Part shown: positions 1-10,584 of the stretch, in pieces | Numbering within the stretch: position 1 is the first letter of the stretch | Layout: the number at the start of each line of letters is the position of its first letter | Origin: an uncultured Nitrososphaeraceae archaeon | GTDB taxonomy: Archaea; Thermoproteota; Nitrososphaeria; Nitrososphaerales; Nitrososphaeraceae | Direction of reading: 5' to 3' | DNA length: 28,663 bases | Assembly (NCBI GenBank): GCA_963837175.1 | Contig: CAWIMJ010000024.1 | Coordinates: forward strand, 1-28,663 | Notes under the pieces: model-generated | Told to the model about the DNA's origin: nothing | Database searches by the model: none | Seen by the model: the letters and a program-made list of their open reading frames with translations, nothing else | Made by a program: the position numbers and the translations under genes

Positions 1-453
1 AGATCAGAATATACAAGCCGTTTGTAAAACCATGAATGAAAATAATATTGGAAGTGTGATCATTATAAAAGCTTTTGATGGCAGGCAGCAGTAGTGGTAA
101 GCCTGTAGGAATAATAACAGAAAGAGATGTTGTAAGAATAATAGGATCATTGCAACCATCTTTGCTACGAATACCAATAGGAGACCTCATGAGCAAGCCT
201 CATCACACTATCCACTAATCACTCTATCAAGGATGCAATACAGATCATCCAGCTAAAGAATATTAGAAGACTTCCAATAATTGAAAAAGAAAATATAGAA
301 GGTATAATTACCGATAAAGACATATTAAAAGCAATAATGAATAGTCAAATTTCAGTAGAGGACCTACTTAGTAATAATGCACTGATAGAAAATCATAGAT
401 TAATATTTGACCATTATGGGGAACACTTGTTTAACGATATTTTGCAGAGATAA
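1..453 (+). CDS. CBS-domain protein, 5'-partial, two frameshifts (~85 and ~200)
   Basis: Manual translation across frames gives DQNIQAVCKTMNENNIGSVIIIK..GKPVGIITERDVVR..LMSKP(L)IT..SIKDAIQIIQLKNIRRLPII..GIITDKDILKA, with stop TAA at 451-453. It is a paralog of the CBS gene at 6783-7281. Confidence 0.85.
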
Positions 454-561
454 CGGGAAATCTCTAGTACTATGTTCTATCCATAATCAATAGATGATGT
501 ATATATATACACTTTATGAAGACAAGATAACAATAATAATTTATTCTTTTGATAAATTATA

Positions 562-1038
562 TTAGATGAATTCAATATGCAAAGATTTTATCTTTTTCTG
601 ATCTGAATTGCTCGTACTATTAACACTCTTACTTAATTCAAATCTAAATTTTGCTTTTACTATATCATCTTTTTGAAACGTTACTAATGACTTAACAACT
701 TCCTCATTATTAGTATTATTATTTCCTTTAGAGTCTTGGATATTCTTAATGTTATTGTTCTTCTTCTTATCTTTGTATTCAAATTCTTCGTGAGCAATTC
801 TATACGAAAGAGATTCATTAACCATAATTGCAACTTTCATAAAAGGTTCGATTTGTGACCAACCTCTTAATCCTTTTTCCAATTTACTAAATGGTTCAAA
901 TACTACAGCATCTGACCAGAAAAGATCTTTCAAACCTTCAACGTCTTTACGCTGAATAAGTCTAAAATATTCAGCTACGATTTCCTTATTAGTTGTAAGA
1001 AATTTTTTCTTAGACTTGGGCATTATATTACTATTCAA
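562..1038 (-). CDS. SnoaL-like / NTF2-fold protein
   Basis: IVAEYFRLIQRKDVEGLKDLFWSDAVVFEPF..LRGWSQIEPF..KIKSLHIEF is the typical SnoaL_2 pattern. There is an Asn-rich insert. Start is TTG 1038 or ATG 1023. Confidence 0.75.
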   Translation of the reverse strand: MNSNIMPKSKKKFLTTNKEIVAEYFRLIQRKDVEGLKDLFWSDAVVFEPFSKLEKGLRGWSQIEPFMKVAIMVNESLSYRIAHEEFEYKDKKKNNNIKNIQDSKGNNNTNNEEVVKSLVTFQKDDIVKAKFRFELSKSVNSTSNSDQKKIKSLHIEFI

Positions 1039-1082
1039 GTGTCATTTTTCATTTATATTAATAGTTAATAACACATAGGTAT

Positions 1083-1090
1083 GCACTGCA
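1083..1090 (-). promoter_or_regulatory. Recurrent upstream box GCACTGCA (TGCAGTGC on coding strand)
   Basis: Lies 45 bp upstream of the TTG at 1038. The same 8-mer occurs at 6462 and 15523 at near-identical distances from start codons. Confidence 0.5.
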
Positions 1091-1147
1091 ATGCAATTTT
1101 TTACTTTGCTGTCTCATTTTATACAATCAAAAGAATACGCACGCTAT

Positions 1148-1770
1148 CTAAAGCGTAACCTCAGCAATAGTTGTATTTGGTGTAATAGTGGACTCTATTC
1201 TTACCTTAGCCAGATTTTCAAAAATTAGCCTCAACAGCTCTTTTGTAAATAGTGACCAGTTTTCTCCTAATTCATGTTGTATTATAAAGACATGTTTTCG
1301 TCCATCTTCTATTTTATGATCTGCTTTTATCCCGGATACTTTCATGTATTCTTCCAGGTACCTGATAGTACTGTCCATAGGTTGTACTGCTTTTTCATAA
1401 ACAAGACAGAATCTTTCATTAAGCTAAATGCAATCTCTGCAGCTTGTTTTATAATATCATCTCTATAAGGTTCTATATCCTCAATTCCATTATTCTTTGC
1501 TATTGTAATTGCCTTGTCAATTAGAGAAGCTAACATTACTTTAGGTACCGGCATCATGCCAATCCTGTTTTCATATCTGTCCCAGTCAGAGTATCTCTTT
1601 AAAACTTGGTTGATTAAAACATTAAGGGAAATTTCTCTTTGATCAGCTTCTCTCTGTAATTCTTCTATAATAAGTGAATCTAATCTAAAGGTAATGCTTC
1701 TGGTTTTCTTATGATAATAAGAAGAATGTTGTGCATCTTTTAAATCTGGAAATTCATTATTGTTGTTCAT
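1148..1770 (-). CDS. Ribbon-helix-helix-domain protein (thaumarchaeal family), frameshifted at ~1355-1364
   Basis: N-terminal KTRSITFRLDSLIIEELQREADQREISLNVLINQVLKRY is an RHH pattern. ORFs 1342-1770 and 1148-1378 join as LWTVLS-VL-EEYMK if two extra bases in CAGGTACCTG are removed. Confidence 0.75.
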
Positions 1771-1880
1771 ATATTATTAACTATATTTGAACCATTGTAC
1801 TGATTATTATAATTATAATAATATATTTATACTTAATAATCTTCTATTTTCCTAAAATTACAACTTATAACAAAATAGCA

Positions 1881-1909
1881 GTCAGCAGTGAATGGCACTG
1901 CATACTGAC
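1881..1909. promoter_or_regulatory. Inverted repeat containing GCACTGCA in a divergent intergenic region
   Basis: GCAGTG(1885-90)-N5-CACTGC(1896-1901), with outer GTCAG/CTGAC arms, between the RHH gene and ORF 1927. Confidence 0.4.
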
Positions 1910-1926
1910 CATTTAAAAAGTTTGGA

Positions 1927-2319
1927 TTGATATTGTTTGATATGGAAAAGACTGCATCTTTACAATCAACAAATATCCAAAATAACAACAACAATAATGA
2001 GCACAAAAGACAATTGTTACTTGAGATATTAAGACAAAGAGGTATAATTTTTGACTCAGAGGCTGGAAAAATAATTGATGATAAATCAAGTATTGAAACT
2101 CTTCTGCGCGTTCTACAAAAGGAAAAACAGAAGAAAAAGCAGCAGCAAGAAGAAATATTACATAATACCAATAAATCTTCAAAGATACATATGCAACCAT
2201 ATGAATTCATTAACAATTTATTGGATGTTAATTACAAATTAACTGTAAGATGGTTATTACTTCTAGCATTAAATCCATTTACTGCTTGGTTCTGGTCACC
2301 ACTGACATATCTCTTGTAG
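1927..2319 (+). CDS. Hypothetical protein with C-terminal hydrophobic anchor
   Basis: 130-aa ORF (ATG alternative at 1942) with a charged, low-complexity body and a terminal WLLLLALNPFTAWFWSPLTYLL segment. Confidence 0.55.
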   Translation: MILFDMEKTASLQSTNIQNNNNNNEHKRQLLLEILRQRGIIFDSEAGKIIDDKSSIETLLRVLQKEKQKKKQQQEEILHNTNKSSKIHMQPYEFINNLLDVNYKLTVRWLLLLALNPFTAWFWSPLTYLL

Positions 2320-2505
2320 TAGTAGACGTGGAAGCAGACTATATTTAGCCGATATTGGTATGTGATGAATTATTTTTTAACTAGATTGATAGTTATTCAA
2401 ATAATACGAGTAGAATTGTCATCAATAATGTAGTAAGATCCGTAGTAAAGCTGAATACACGCTAAGATAACATATCTGCTAATACCTGTATGTGTATGAT
2501 ATATT

Positions 2506-3195
2506 ATGAAATGGTCAATTGAAGATTTTGTGTATGGTGCTACTGATGGTTCTGTAACTACTTTTGCAGTTGTAGCTGGAGTTGTTGGGGCAGCATTATC
2601 TCCTTCAATCATTTTGATATTAGGATTTGCGAATCTATTTGCAGATGGTTTTTCAATGGCAATAGGAAATTATTTAGGATCTAAATCACAGAAAGAATAC
2701 ATCGAAAAGGAAAGAAAAAGAGAAGAATGGGAAATTGAAAATCTGGTCGAACAAGAAAAGCAAGAGATAAGAGATATTTATACAAAGAAAGGATTCAAAG
2801 ATGAACTGTTAGATGAAATAGTGAATGTGATTACTGCGAGACGAAAAATATGGGTAGATACAATGATGAGAGAAGAGTTAGGATTAATAGAGAACAAAAA
2901 AAATTCATTAGACGCTGCAATAACTACCTTTACAGCATTCAATTTAGTTGGTTTGATTCCATTAATACCATTTGTATTTTTCTACTTTTCAGGCTTTGCC
3001 ATTTTGACAGAACAAGCATTTCTTTATTCAGGACTATTTACTGGCATATCTTTTTTCTTAATCGGAATTGTTCGAGGAAAGATTGTAAAAAAATCTCTCG
3101 TAAGAACGGGAATAAACACTATTTCAGTCGGTGGAATTGCTGCTTCAGTAGCTTATATTGTTGGTTATTTGTTGAGCATTCTTGTAAAAGGATAA
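2506..3195 (+). CDS. VIT1/CCC1 family Fe2+/Mn2+ transporter
   Basis: DFVYGATDGSVTTFAVVAG and GFANLFADGFSMAIGNYL motifs, a Glu-rich cytosolic metal-binding domain (EREEWE..MMREELG) and C-terminal TM helices. Confidence 0.93.
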   Translation: MKWSIEDFVYGATDGSVTTFAVVAGVVGAALSPSIILILGFANLFADGFSMAIGNYLGSKSQKEYIEKERKREEWEIENLVEQEKQEIRDIYTKKGFKDELLDEIVNVITARRKIWVDTMMREELGLIENKKNSLDAAITTFTAFNLVGLIPLIPFVFFYFSGFAILTEQAFLYSGLFTGISFFLIGIVRGKIVKKSLVRTGINTISVGGIAASVAYIVGYLLSILVKG

Positions 3196-3238
3196 TAATA
3201 TTTTTTGAAAACAATAGTGTATAAAAAACTAAAGCTAT

Positions 3239-4656
3239 CTAAGAATCTTCTTGTCCATCCGGTGGCAAATGATTGTCATTAGATGGCTTTGTTCTTATTA
3301 TTAATACTAGACATACTAATGCAATAGACAAAATGGCTAAAAATCCACCCAAGGCGATCTCTCTATTAAATTGAAATAGCATTGTTATCGAAGTAACTAG
3401 TCCTATTCCTGCGAGTAGTGGAAAGTTACCCAGCCGTACAGGAGATACAAAAGGCCTTTTTATTTCAGGGTTTTTGAATCTCAGCCATATTAGAGCAATA
3501 TTTACTATAGCATACACAAAAAATATACTAAAAACTGCAATGCTAGCAACGACAGAAATATTTCCTGAAGAGACAATTACAGTTACTATTGCAGATACCA
3601 TCGCAATAACTACTGCCATCCAAGGAGTTTTTCTAGAATTATGGACTTTTGCCAATATTGTAGGAAATGAATGATTTTTTGCCATTCCATATGCTATTCT
3701 AGAACCGGAGATTAGCATCATAAGAGCAGTATTTGATGTAGCAAATAGTGCAATAAAAGAAAGTATAAAAACTCCAAGTCTACCAAAAGCTTTCTCTGCT
3801 GCTAATGATAATGGTGCTTCTGACAAAGATAATTCTTTCCATCCTACTAAAGCAGAAGTTGAAACAGCGACCAAAATATAGAAAACTGTAGTAACAATTA
3901 TTGAAATCAATAAAGCTTTAGGAATAACTTTTGCAGGGTTCTTAGTTTCGTCAGCAATATTTACTATGTTCTCAAATCCGTAATAGGCAAAAAATATTAG
4001 TCCAGATCCTCCAAGTATTGCGCCTATGATCAAATTGTACGACTGAGAAGAAGCTGTTGATGAAAATAATGAATGTGAGGAGGATGTTTTGTCAGGAATT
4101 TCAAAATAGTTCGTATTAGTTGGCGATCCTAACCAGAATCCAGCCAGTATTATTATTACAAGTCCAGCAAGTTCTATGAACGTAAATACAGTATTAATCC
4201 ATACAGATTCAGATATACCATAAAAATTGACAAAAGATAAGACTACTATGAGGACTATCGCTATAAATACTGGATTAAGTTGAGGAAAAAAAACAGCTGC
4301 AACATATCCTGAAAAGCCTATAGCAACTGCTCGGCAGAAACTATTGCTACAAATATTATTAAACATCCAACCATTAAAGCAATAAAATGATTGCCAAACG
4401 CATTTTTTGCAAAAACATACTCTGCAGCGCTTCTAGGAAATATTGAAGAGAGTTCTGCGTAACTCAGACCTGTAAATAGAGCAATAACTGCAGATATTAT
4501 AAAAGAAATCCACATTGCATTTCCAGCAATGCCTGCTACATCACCAATTATTACATAAATTCCAGCACCTAGGATGAGACCTACACCGTACATTACAGCC
4601 TGAAAAAGATTAATGCTGCGTTTTAGTTGCGGTGGTTGTCGTTGTGGATCTCTCAT
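3239..4656 (-). CDS. APC-family amino-acid permease, frameshift at ~4332
   Basis: LKRSINLFQAVMYGVGLILGAGIY, LSYAELSS, FFAYYGFENIVNIADETKNPAKVIPKA and LRFKNPEIKRPF motifs. Two ORFs join at IVSA-AAVAIGF. Confidence 0.9.
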
Positions 4657-4744
4657 GCAAATCAGTCCCTTGTTGTTGACGTGTTCTTGAAATAATTAGT
4701 TATAGGATACAACAACAACAAATATCTTAAAATTATTTATATAT

Positions 4745-5263
4745 TCAGTGAACTATTAAGACAGGACAGCTTGCTCTTTCAGATACACTTCTTGAAACGC
4801 TGCCCAGTGCTTTAACTTTAGATAACCCACTTAAACCAACATTTCCTATTACTATCAAATCCACTTTCTGATCATTTGCAAAATCTACTATGCTGTCAGC
4901 AGGAGGTCTCCCTTCAACCAAAGACGTTGCTTCTATTATAACGTCATCATTAACTGCGTATTTGTGTTTTTTCTCATCAAGCATCTTTGACATACTTGTT
5001 CTCACCTCTTCATTTAGATCCTTGATCAATTCTGAGACTGTAGTAACCCCTCCTGTTTTAGGCGAACGCATAGGTCTTTCAATCATTGCAGGAACTAGAA
5101 TTTCTTGGCAAGCGTATAATAAAATGACATGTACGTTATTATCATTAGTAGTATCATTATTATTACTCTTGATCATCTTTGCTAGTTCGATAGCTTGCTC
5201 CAGAGCATGGTCTGATGGCTTAGAGCCGTCATACGGCACTAGAATCTTTTTGAACAACATCAA
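4745..5263 (-). CDS. Universal stress protein (UspA family)
   Basis: KKILVPYDGSKPSDHALEQA N-terminus and DLIVIGNVGLSGLSKVKALGSVSRSVSERASCPVLIVH C-terminus. Confidence 0.95.
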   Translation of the reverse strand: MMLFKKILVPYDGSKPSDHALEQAIELAKMIKSNNNDTTNDNNVHVILLYACQEILVPAMIERPMRSPKTGGVTTVSELIKDLNEEVRTSMSKMLDEKKHKYAVNDDVIIEATSLVEGRPPADSIVDFANDQKVDLIVIGNVGLSGLSKVKALGSVSRSVSERASCPVLIVH

Positions 5264-5297
5264 AGAAGAAACTTTCCCTTCCTATACTCCTCTTATT

Positions 5298-6420
5298 TTA
5301 AGGAATAATTACTCCTCTACCAACAATTTCACCTCTTTTTAATAAGAGTATAGCTTCATTTATTTCGGCTAAAGGGAATTTTTTGATATTATGTTTTATT
5401 TTATTTACTTTTGTTAATTCAATAACCTCACACAATTCATTATAATTTCCCCATAATGATCCATATAATTGATATTCTTGAAATACTGTTCGTACTAATG
5501 GCATTTTTATCTGATTTCCAAATAATCCAACTATCACTAGAACTCCACCTTTACTTATGATTCTTAAAGAATCCTCGATAGTGTCCTCTGCTCCAACACA
5601 ATCAATAACTATATCAACTCCTCTACCTCCAGTTATCTTAATTATTTCATTTCGAATGTTTTTGTGATTAGTAGATACATTTACTACATAATCAGCTCCA
5701 AGGGTTGCTGCAAGTTGTAGTTTCTCTTCTTTACTATCTAATGCTATTACCGTAGACGACTGTCCTAAAATCTTTGCATACTGAATAGCATATGAACCAA
5801 GTCCACCTATTCCAAATATAGCTATAGATTTTCCCGGTCCAAGCAAATGTCTAATTTTTTTAATAGCTCTATAAGGAGTAAGTCCTGCATCAGTAAGCGG
5901 CGCTAATTGTTCTGGATGCATACTAAACTGCTTGTCAACCTTGATTAAGAATCTATATGATGGAACCATGATATATTCTGAATAACCTCCGTCATAAGCA
6001 GAAAGTCCTGGCCATCTTGGAAAGTTACAAAGCTGTTCATCACCGCTTTTGCAGTATTTGCAAATACCACATCCCCATCCACCAAATATAGCAACAAGAT
6101 CGCCTTTATTCATCAGCGTTGATTCAGGCACTAACTCTCCTATCTCTTCTATCCAGCCAGCTACCTCATGGCCTGGAGTCTTAGGTAATTTAAGAGGAAG
6201 AACGTCTTTCCATTCTCCATTGATTAAATGTAAATCACTATGACAAAGTCCTGCTCGCTCCAACTTTAATCAATACTTCTTCTCCATGAGCAACTGTGGA
6301 TCTTGGAATAGTGTCTATCATTAAAGGTTCTTGATATCTGTGGATTCTTGCAGATAACATAGTTTCGATATTCTTATGATTTTGGGTATTATCTCGATAG
6401 ACACGTACTTTTTTTTCCAT
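5298..6420 (-). CDS. Zn-dependent NAD(P)-linked alcohol dehydrogenase (MDR family), frameshift at ~6255
   Basis: GLCHSD, GHE, the structural-Zn CGICKYC-x7-C and the Rossmann GIGGLG motifs. N-terminal ORF 6238-6420 joins at VLIKVGA-AGLCHSD. Confidence 0.92.
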
Positions 6421-6461
6421 ACAATCAAGAAAGAATTACATTTTATTTTAATATTCAGAAC

Positions 6462-6469
6462 GCACTGCA
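6462..6469 (-). promoter_or_regulatory. Recurrent upstream box GCACTGCA
   Basis: Lies 42 bp upstream of ATG 6420, just upstream of an AT-rich TATA-like tract (6441-6451). Confidence 0.5.
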
Positions 6470-6782
6470 AGACAGAGAACTTTCAGTAGTTTTTATATCC
6501 AACAACGTTAAAATCAAAGCAGAAAAACAGTGGAATGTGGCAAGAAGGTATCGTCTCAAATTTACAACTACTTGATACTAGCCTAATATACTCGATAGTT
6601 GTAACAACAGTTGCTATAACAGATAATAGGAACTTATTGAATTGCGATCTCAAAAATAAAAATAATTTAATACCAATTGCAATATGTTGAACTTTTTTAA
6701 GGTAGCATTAACCGTTTATGACTTCCTAACTAGATTAGTCATCTATTACCTCAGAAGATATTCCAACTATCAATAATTATTG

Positions 6783-7281
6783 TTATTTTGGATGATATAT
6801 ATCGCTGAATATCCTTTCGTTAAGTCGTTCAAGCACCGTTCTATGTTCTATTAATAATTGATCACTTAGCAAGCTCGTCAGTAATTCCTTATTTGTCGTG
6901 ATTGCTCTAAATATATCCTTATCTGTAATTATACCTACAGCTTTTCCTCTATTATCAACTATTAGAAGCCTGCGAATATTCAAGCTGCATAGTCTCAATT
7001 GCGTCTTTTATGGAGCTTTTTGGATCTATTGTGATTAAGGGCCTACTCATCAGTTCGTGTACTGGCATTTGCACTGATGACGGATTTAACGCTATCTGAT
7101 TAACAATATCTCTTTCTGTAATTATACCTGCGGGTTCACTAACGGATTCTTTTACGATAATCACATCTCCAATGTTATTATCACGCATAATTTTACAAAT
7201 GCTATATATGCTCTGACTTTCTGTTGCTGTTTTTACGTCTTTTGTCATTATGCTGGATACAGATACTGAATCAATACTCAA
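6783..7281 (-). CDS. CBS-domain protein, frameshift at ~6982
   Basis: VSSIMTKDV..GIITERDIV..LMSRPLITI..SIKDAIETMQL / NIRRLLIVD..VGIITDKDIF forms a tandem CBS pair. Confidence 0.9.
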
Positions 7282-7526
7282 AGTACATTTGTGCTTTGTA
7301 TTCTTGAGTATTTATGCTTTAGTAAAAGCTACTGCAAATTTTATTTTTTCATTTGTATGTATGTACCTATATGGAAAATACTTATACAGTCTTATCGATT
7401 ACTGAGATTTCAGTTTTTTGATAATTACAGCGCACACATTGCACAAGAGCATTGCACAAAAAAGATGTACATCCACTCACACATATTCATAAATAGTCTT
7501 AATCATTAAAAACATATTTAGGAATA

Positions 7527-8033
7527 TTGATAGTGATAATTTGTGGCTTGCCAGGAGTTGGAAAAACTACAATAGCAAAAGATCTTGCACCATTAATTAA
7601 TGCTGTTATTTTATCCACTGATAAAATCAGAAAGGAGATGATACCCAATCCAAATTACAAAAAGCAAGAAAAAAAGTTAATTTATAAGGTTTTATTGATA
7701 GTAGCAAAATATCTACACAAGGCTGGAATAAATTGCATACTTGATGCTACTTTTAATACAGAAAATTCACGAAGAGGGTTGACAAAAAAACTAGATTTAT
7801 CTCAAGAGCAAATCTGCTTAGTTGAATGTATGTGTCCCGAGGATATTGTAATTTCACGATTAAAACACAGGAAGAACGATTATTCAGATGCCGATATTTC
7901 CATTTATAAAAAAATGAAAAGAATCTACGAGCCAATAAAAGAAGAACACATTATCATCAATACAAATCAACAACCTTCAAAGACAAATGCAAAAGACATT
8001 GTAATTCAAATATTAAAAAAGAAGAAGAAATGA
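7527..8033 (+). CDS. AAA_33 / predicted P-loop kinase (COG0645-like)
   Basis: Walker A GLPGVGKTT, plus LSTDKIRK, ILDATF and SDAD. ATGA overlap with the next gene. Confidence 0.9.
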   Translation: MIVIICGLPGVGKTTIAKDLAPLINAVILSTDKIRKEMIPNPNYKKQEKKLIYKVLLIVAKYLHKAGINCILDATFNTENSRRGLTKKLDLSQEQICLVECMCPEDIVISRLKHRKNDYSDADISIYKKMKRIYEPIKEEHIIINTNQQPSKTNAKDIVIQILKKKKK

Positions 8034-9043
8034 GTGTCAGACAGCAAAAAGTTGTTTTTGGTCTTAAAAAGGAAAAAGATGCATTCCCACACAAAGTCTC
8101 AAAAATCAGGTTGGAAGAAACTCATATCTCCTGGATATTACTTACTGGATTATATGCCTATAAGATAAAAAAGGAACTTAAATTTGGCAAAGTTCTTGAT
8201 TTTTCAACACTTAAATTAAGAAAAAAGTTCTGTCAAAAAGAAGTAATATTAAACAAAGTTCTCTGCGGCAATATGTATGAACGAGTTATGAAAATTGTAA
8301 ATGGAAAAGGTGATAATTTGAGAATAACAAACCTCGAACACGAGGGAAGGCCATTAGAATATGCTGTTAAAATGTTAGAAATTCCCCAAAGATTCCGCAT
8401 GGATAATCTTCTAACTGCAGGCAAAGTTTGTTTAAATACTATTGAAAGCTTGACAAAAACTCTCATTAATTTTCACCTGCACACCCCAACAAATAATAAG
8501 ATTAGGAATTTTGGTCATCCAAAATTCATGGAAAAGAAAATACGTGAGAATTTTGAAACTATTGGAAAGCTGAAAACTGTTGATCCTAAATTTGAAAACA
8601 ATTTAATTTTATTTATCAACAAGAATAAAAAATTATTTTACCAACGAATTAGAGAAGACAAGATTCGCGATATCCATGGCGACTTATATCTAAAAAATAT
8701 CTTTTTAAAAAATAATAGGTTCTATCTATACGACAGAATAGAATTCAATGATTACTTGAGATATGCTGATATTGCAGAAGATATATCTCATCTGTCAATG
8801 GACCTTGATTATCACAAGAGATGTGATCTTCGAAAGCATTTCATTTCTCGATACATAGAAAAAAGTAACGATATTAATCTAGAAAACTTGGTTTATTTCT
8901 TTATGTGTTACAAAGCATGTATTAGAGCCAAGGTGTCCCTTTTTCGTGCTAAAAACGAAACAATTAGTAAAATCAGAATAGCTAAAATTAAAGAATCAAA
9001 CAATTTTTTAAAACTAGCGGAATCATATCTTGAATTATTCTAA
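8030..9043 (+). CDS. Aminoglycoside-phosphotransferase-like protein (COG2187 family)
   Basis: ETHISWILLTG, AYKIKK, LDFSTL, RDIHGDLYLKNI, DRIEFN and DISHLSMDL motifs. Confidence 0.9.
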   Translation: MSVRQQKVVFGLKKEKDAFPHKVSKIRLEETHISWILLTGLYAYKIKKELKFGKVLDFSTLKLRKKFCQKEVILNKVLCGNMYERVMKIVNGKGDNLRITNLEHEGRPLEYAVKMLEIPQRFRMDNLLTAGKVCLNTIESLTKTLINFHLHTPTNNKIRNFGHPKFMEKKIRENFETIGKLKTVDPKFENNLILFINKNKKLFYQRIREDKIRDIHGDLYLKNIFLKNNRFYLYDRIEFNDYLRYADIAEDISHLSMDLDYHKRCDLRKHFISRYIEKSNDINLENLVYFFMCYKACIRAKVSLFRAKNETISKIRIAKIKESNNFLKLAESYLELF

Positions 9044-9073
9044 ACATAATATGAATACTTTTTGTTCACTATA

Positions 9074-9235
9074 GGCAATATTACTGTAGACAAATTAGAT
9101 GCACAGACGGCTGTTAAACAATTATTGGATATAGCTGCTGCCTATGACGAATGGAAAAACATATGTCAATATATGGATATACATTAAAATACCAACAGGA
9201 AACTCAATGGACAAATATCAGGAGGAACACAATAG
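9074..9235 (+). pseudogene. Decayed 3' fragment of a CHRD-domain gene
   Basis: GNITVDKLDAQTAVKQLLDIAAA/MTNGKTYVNI...GQISGGTQ*. The last ~27 nt nearly match the end of the CHRD gene at 11119-11145. Confidence 0.75.
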
Positions 9236-9271
9236 CCAACCAACTATGAAAAATTATATAAAACAAAATAG

Positions 9272-9299
9272 ATGTTCTATTAAATGTTCTATTAAATGT
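9272..9299. repeat. 12-bp tandem duplication ATGTTCTATTAA x2.3
   Basis: Read directly from the sequence. Confidence 0.8.
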
Positions 9300-9348
9300 G
9301 GGTAGACGAAGATAATTCATCTATATTTTCTGTATAGGCATATATTCA

Positions 9349-9837
9349 TTATTTAATTACCATTACAGGACAATGTGCATAAGTTACAACATCTGATGCA
9401 ACACTTCCGAGCAGCATTTTCTTAAAACCTGTTCTGCCTCTTGTACCAATTACAATTAAATCAATATTCTCACGCTCAGCATAATCCACTATTGCAGATC
9501 CTACTTTTGATGTTGGATCTTCAATAATTTCTGATTTGAATTGGATGTTGTTATTATTATTAGTATTATTTTCTTTCACTGCTAATTTTTCAACTTTATC
9601 TAACCATTGCTGAGCTTCTTTTTTATCCTCTTCCAATTCCTTTAATCCATAAGTGGGTGCTGTAATAAAGGAGGATGATAAACGTCTGGGTGTAGATATA
9701 TTAGGTACAGTTATGGCTATCAGTTGACACTTATCTTTTTTCGCTATTTCTATAGCATAATCTGCTGCATCCATTGATGCTTTTGAACCATCTATTGCGA
9801 TAAGTATCTTAGAAAAGTTTCTCATTGTATTGGACAT
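9349..9837 (-). CDS. Universal stress protein (UspA family)
   Basis: KILIAIDGSKASMDAADYA and DLIVIGTRGRTGFKKMLLGSVASDVVTYAHCPVMVIK (ATP-binding G-2x-G-9x-GS). Confidence 0.95.
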   Translation of the reverse strand: MSNTMRNFSKILIAIDGSKASMDAADYAIEIAKKDKCQLIAITVPNISTPRRLSSSFITAPTYGLKELEEDKKEAQQWLDKVEKLAVKENNTNNNNNIQFKSEIIEDPTSKVGSAIVDYAERENIDLIVIGTRGRTGFKKMLLGSVASDVVTYAHCPVMVIK

Positions 9838-9894
9838 ACAGCTGGCTATATAATAATAGTTGATATACTAATGTCTAAAGTATAACAATTGTAC

Positions 9895-10413
9895 GGCTTT
9901 GTAGAAAACATGCTTTTGGATTCCGTCAAAGCTTTCTAGAATCATAATAGACTATGGATATGAAGGAATCTAAGTATGTTAGACTAGCAAATACAATATG
10001 TATCGTGTTTTAAGGAATTCAAGAATACCACTGTTTCTTCATCGAAAGAGCAACCATGTATTTAGCATATTATGGCAGCATATAGTCTTGCTTGCTTACT
10101 ATACGACAGTATGAAGGTAAGAGTTATAGGATGTTTGTACAATGGTTGATAAAAGCATATATTATCTTAGAATATTTCTTTAATTATCCCATATTCCACA
10201 TTATACTACTCTTCAGAAGTTTGCTGCAAGAATAAATGGTACATTATTGGAGAAGATAATTTCCTCATTCATATTTTACTACTTACAAATATCAGAAAAA
10301 TATTTACTGGAATAGATTCATCTGGATTTAAAGCAACCCATGCTTCTCAGGTACTATGCAGAGAGAAGCAGCAGCGTAGTAGTAATTGCAATAAGAAAAA
10401 GCTATGTAGATTA
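9895..10413 (+). mobile_element. Degenerate IS5-family element (left end plus transposase N-terminal half)
   Basis: GGCTTTGTAGAAAA end at 9895. From ATG ~9960, broken frames read MKESKYVRLAN..YRVLRNSRIPLFLHRKSNHVF..WQHIVLL-TIRQYEGKSYRMFVQWL..IPHYTTLQKFAARIN..GIDSSGFKATHAS (first catalytic Asp). Confidence 0.8.
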
Positions 10414-10584
10414 GCAGAGTAGATACAAGAAGTAAATGATCTTATCTTAGTAGTTAGAGATAAGAGTATAGCCTGTGTTGAGTATGACTCTTTCTTTCCT
10501 CTAGATTTTTTACTTTTTATTAATAACTCAATTTTAGAACAGAACGACTTATCTACATCAGAAACTAACCATACTGTTACAAAA

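Noticed and set aside
1833-2216. Minus-strand ORFs 1833-2216 and 1913-2200
   Set aside because: These are antisense shadows of the low-complexity plus-strand ORF, with implausible Cys/Phe-rich composition.
4318-6420. Programmed frameshifting in the permease and ADH
   Set aside because: There are no slippery heptamers at the junctions, and indels occur across many unrelated genes, which fits sequencing error better.
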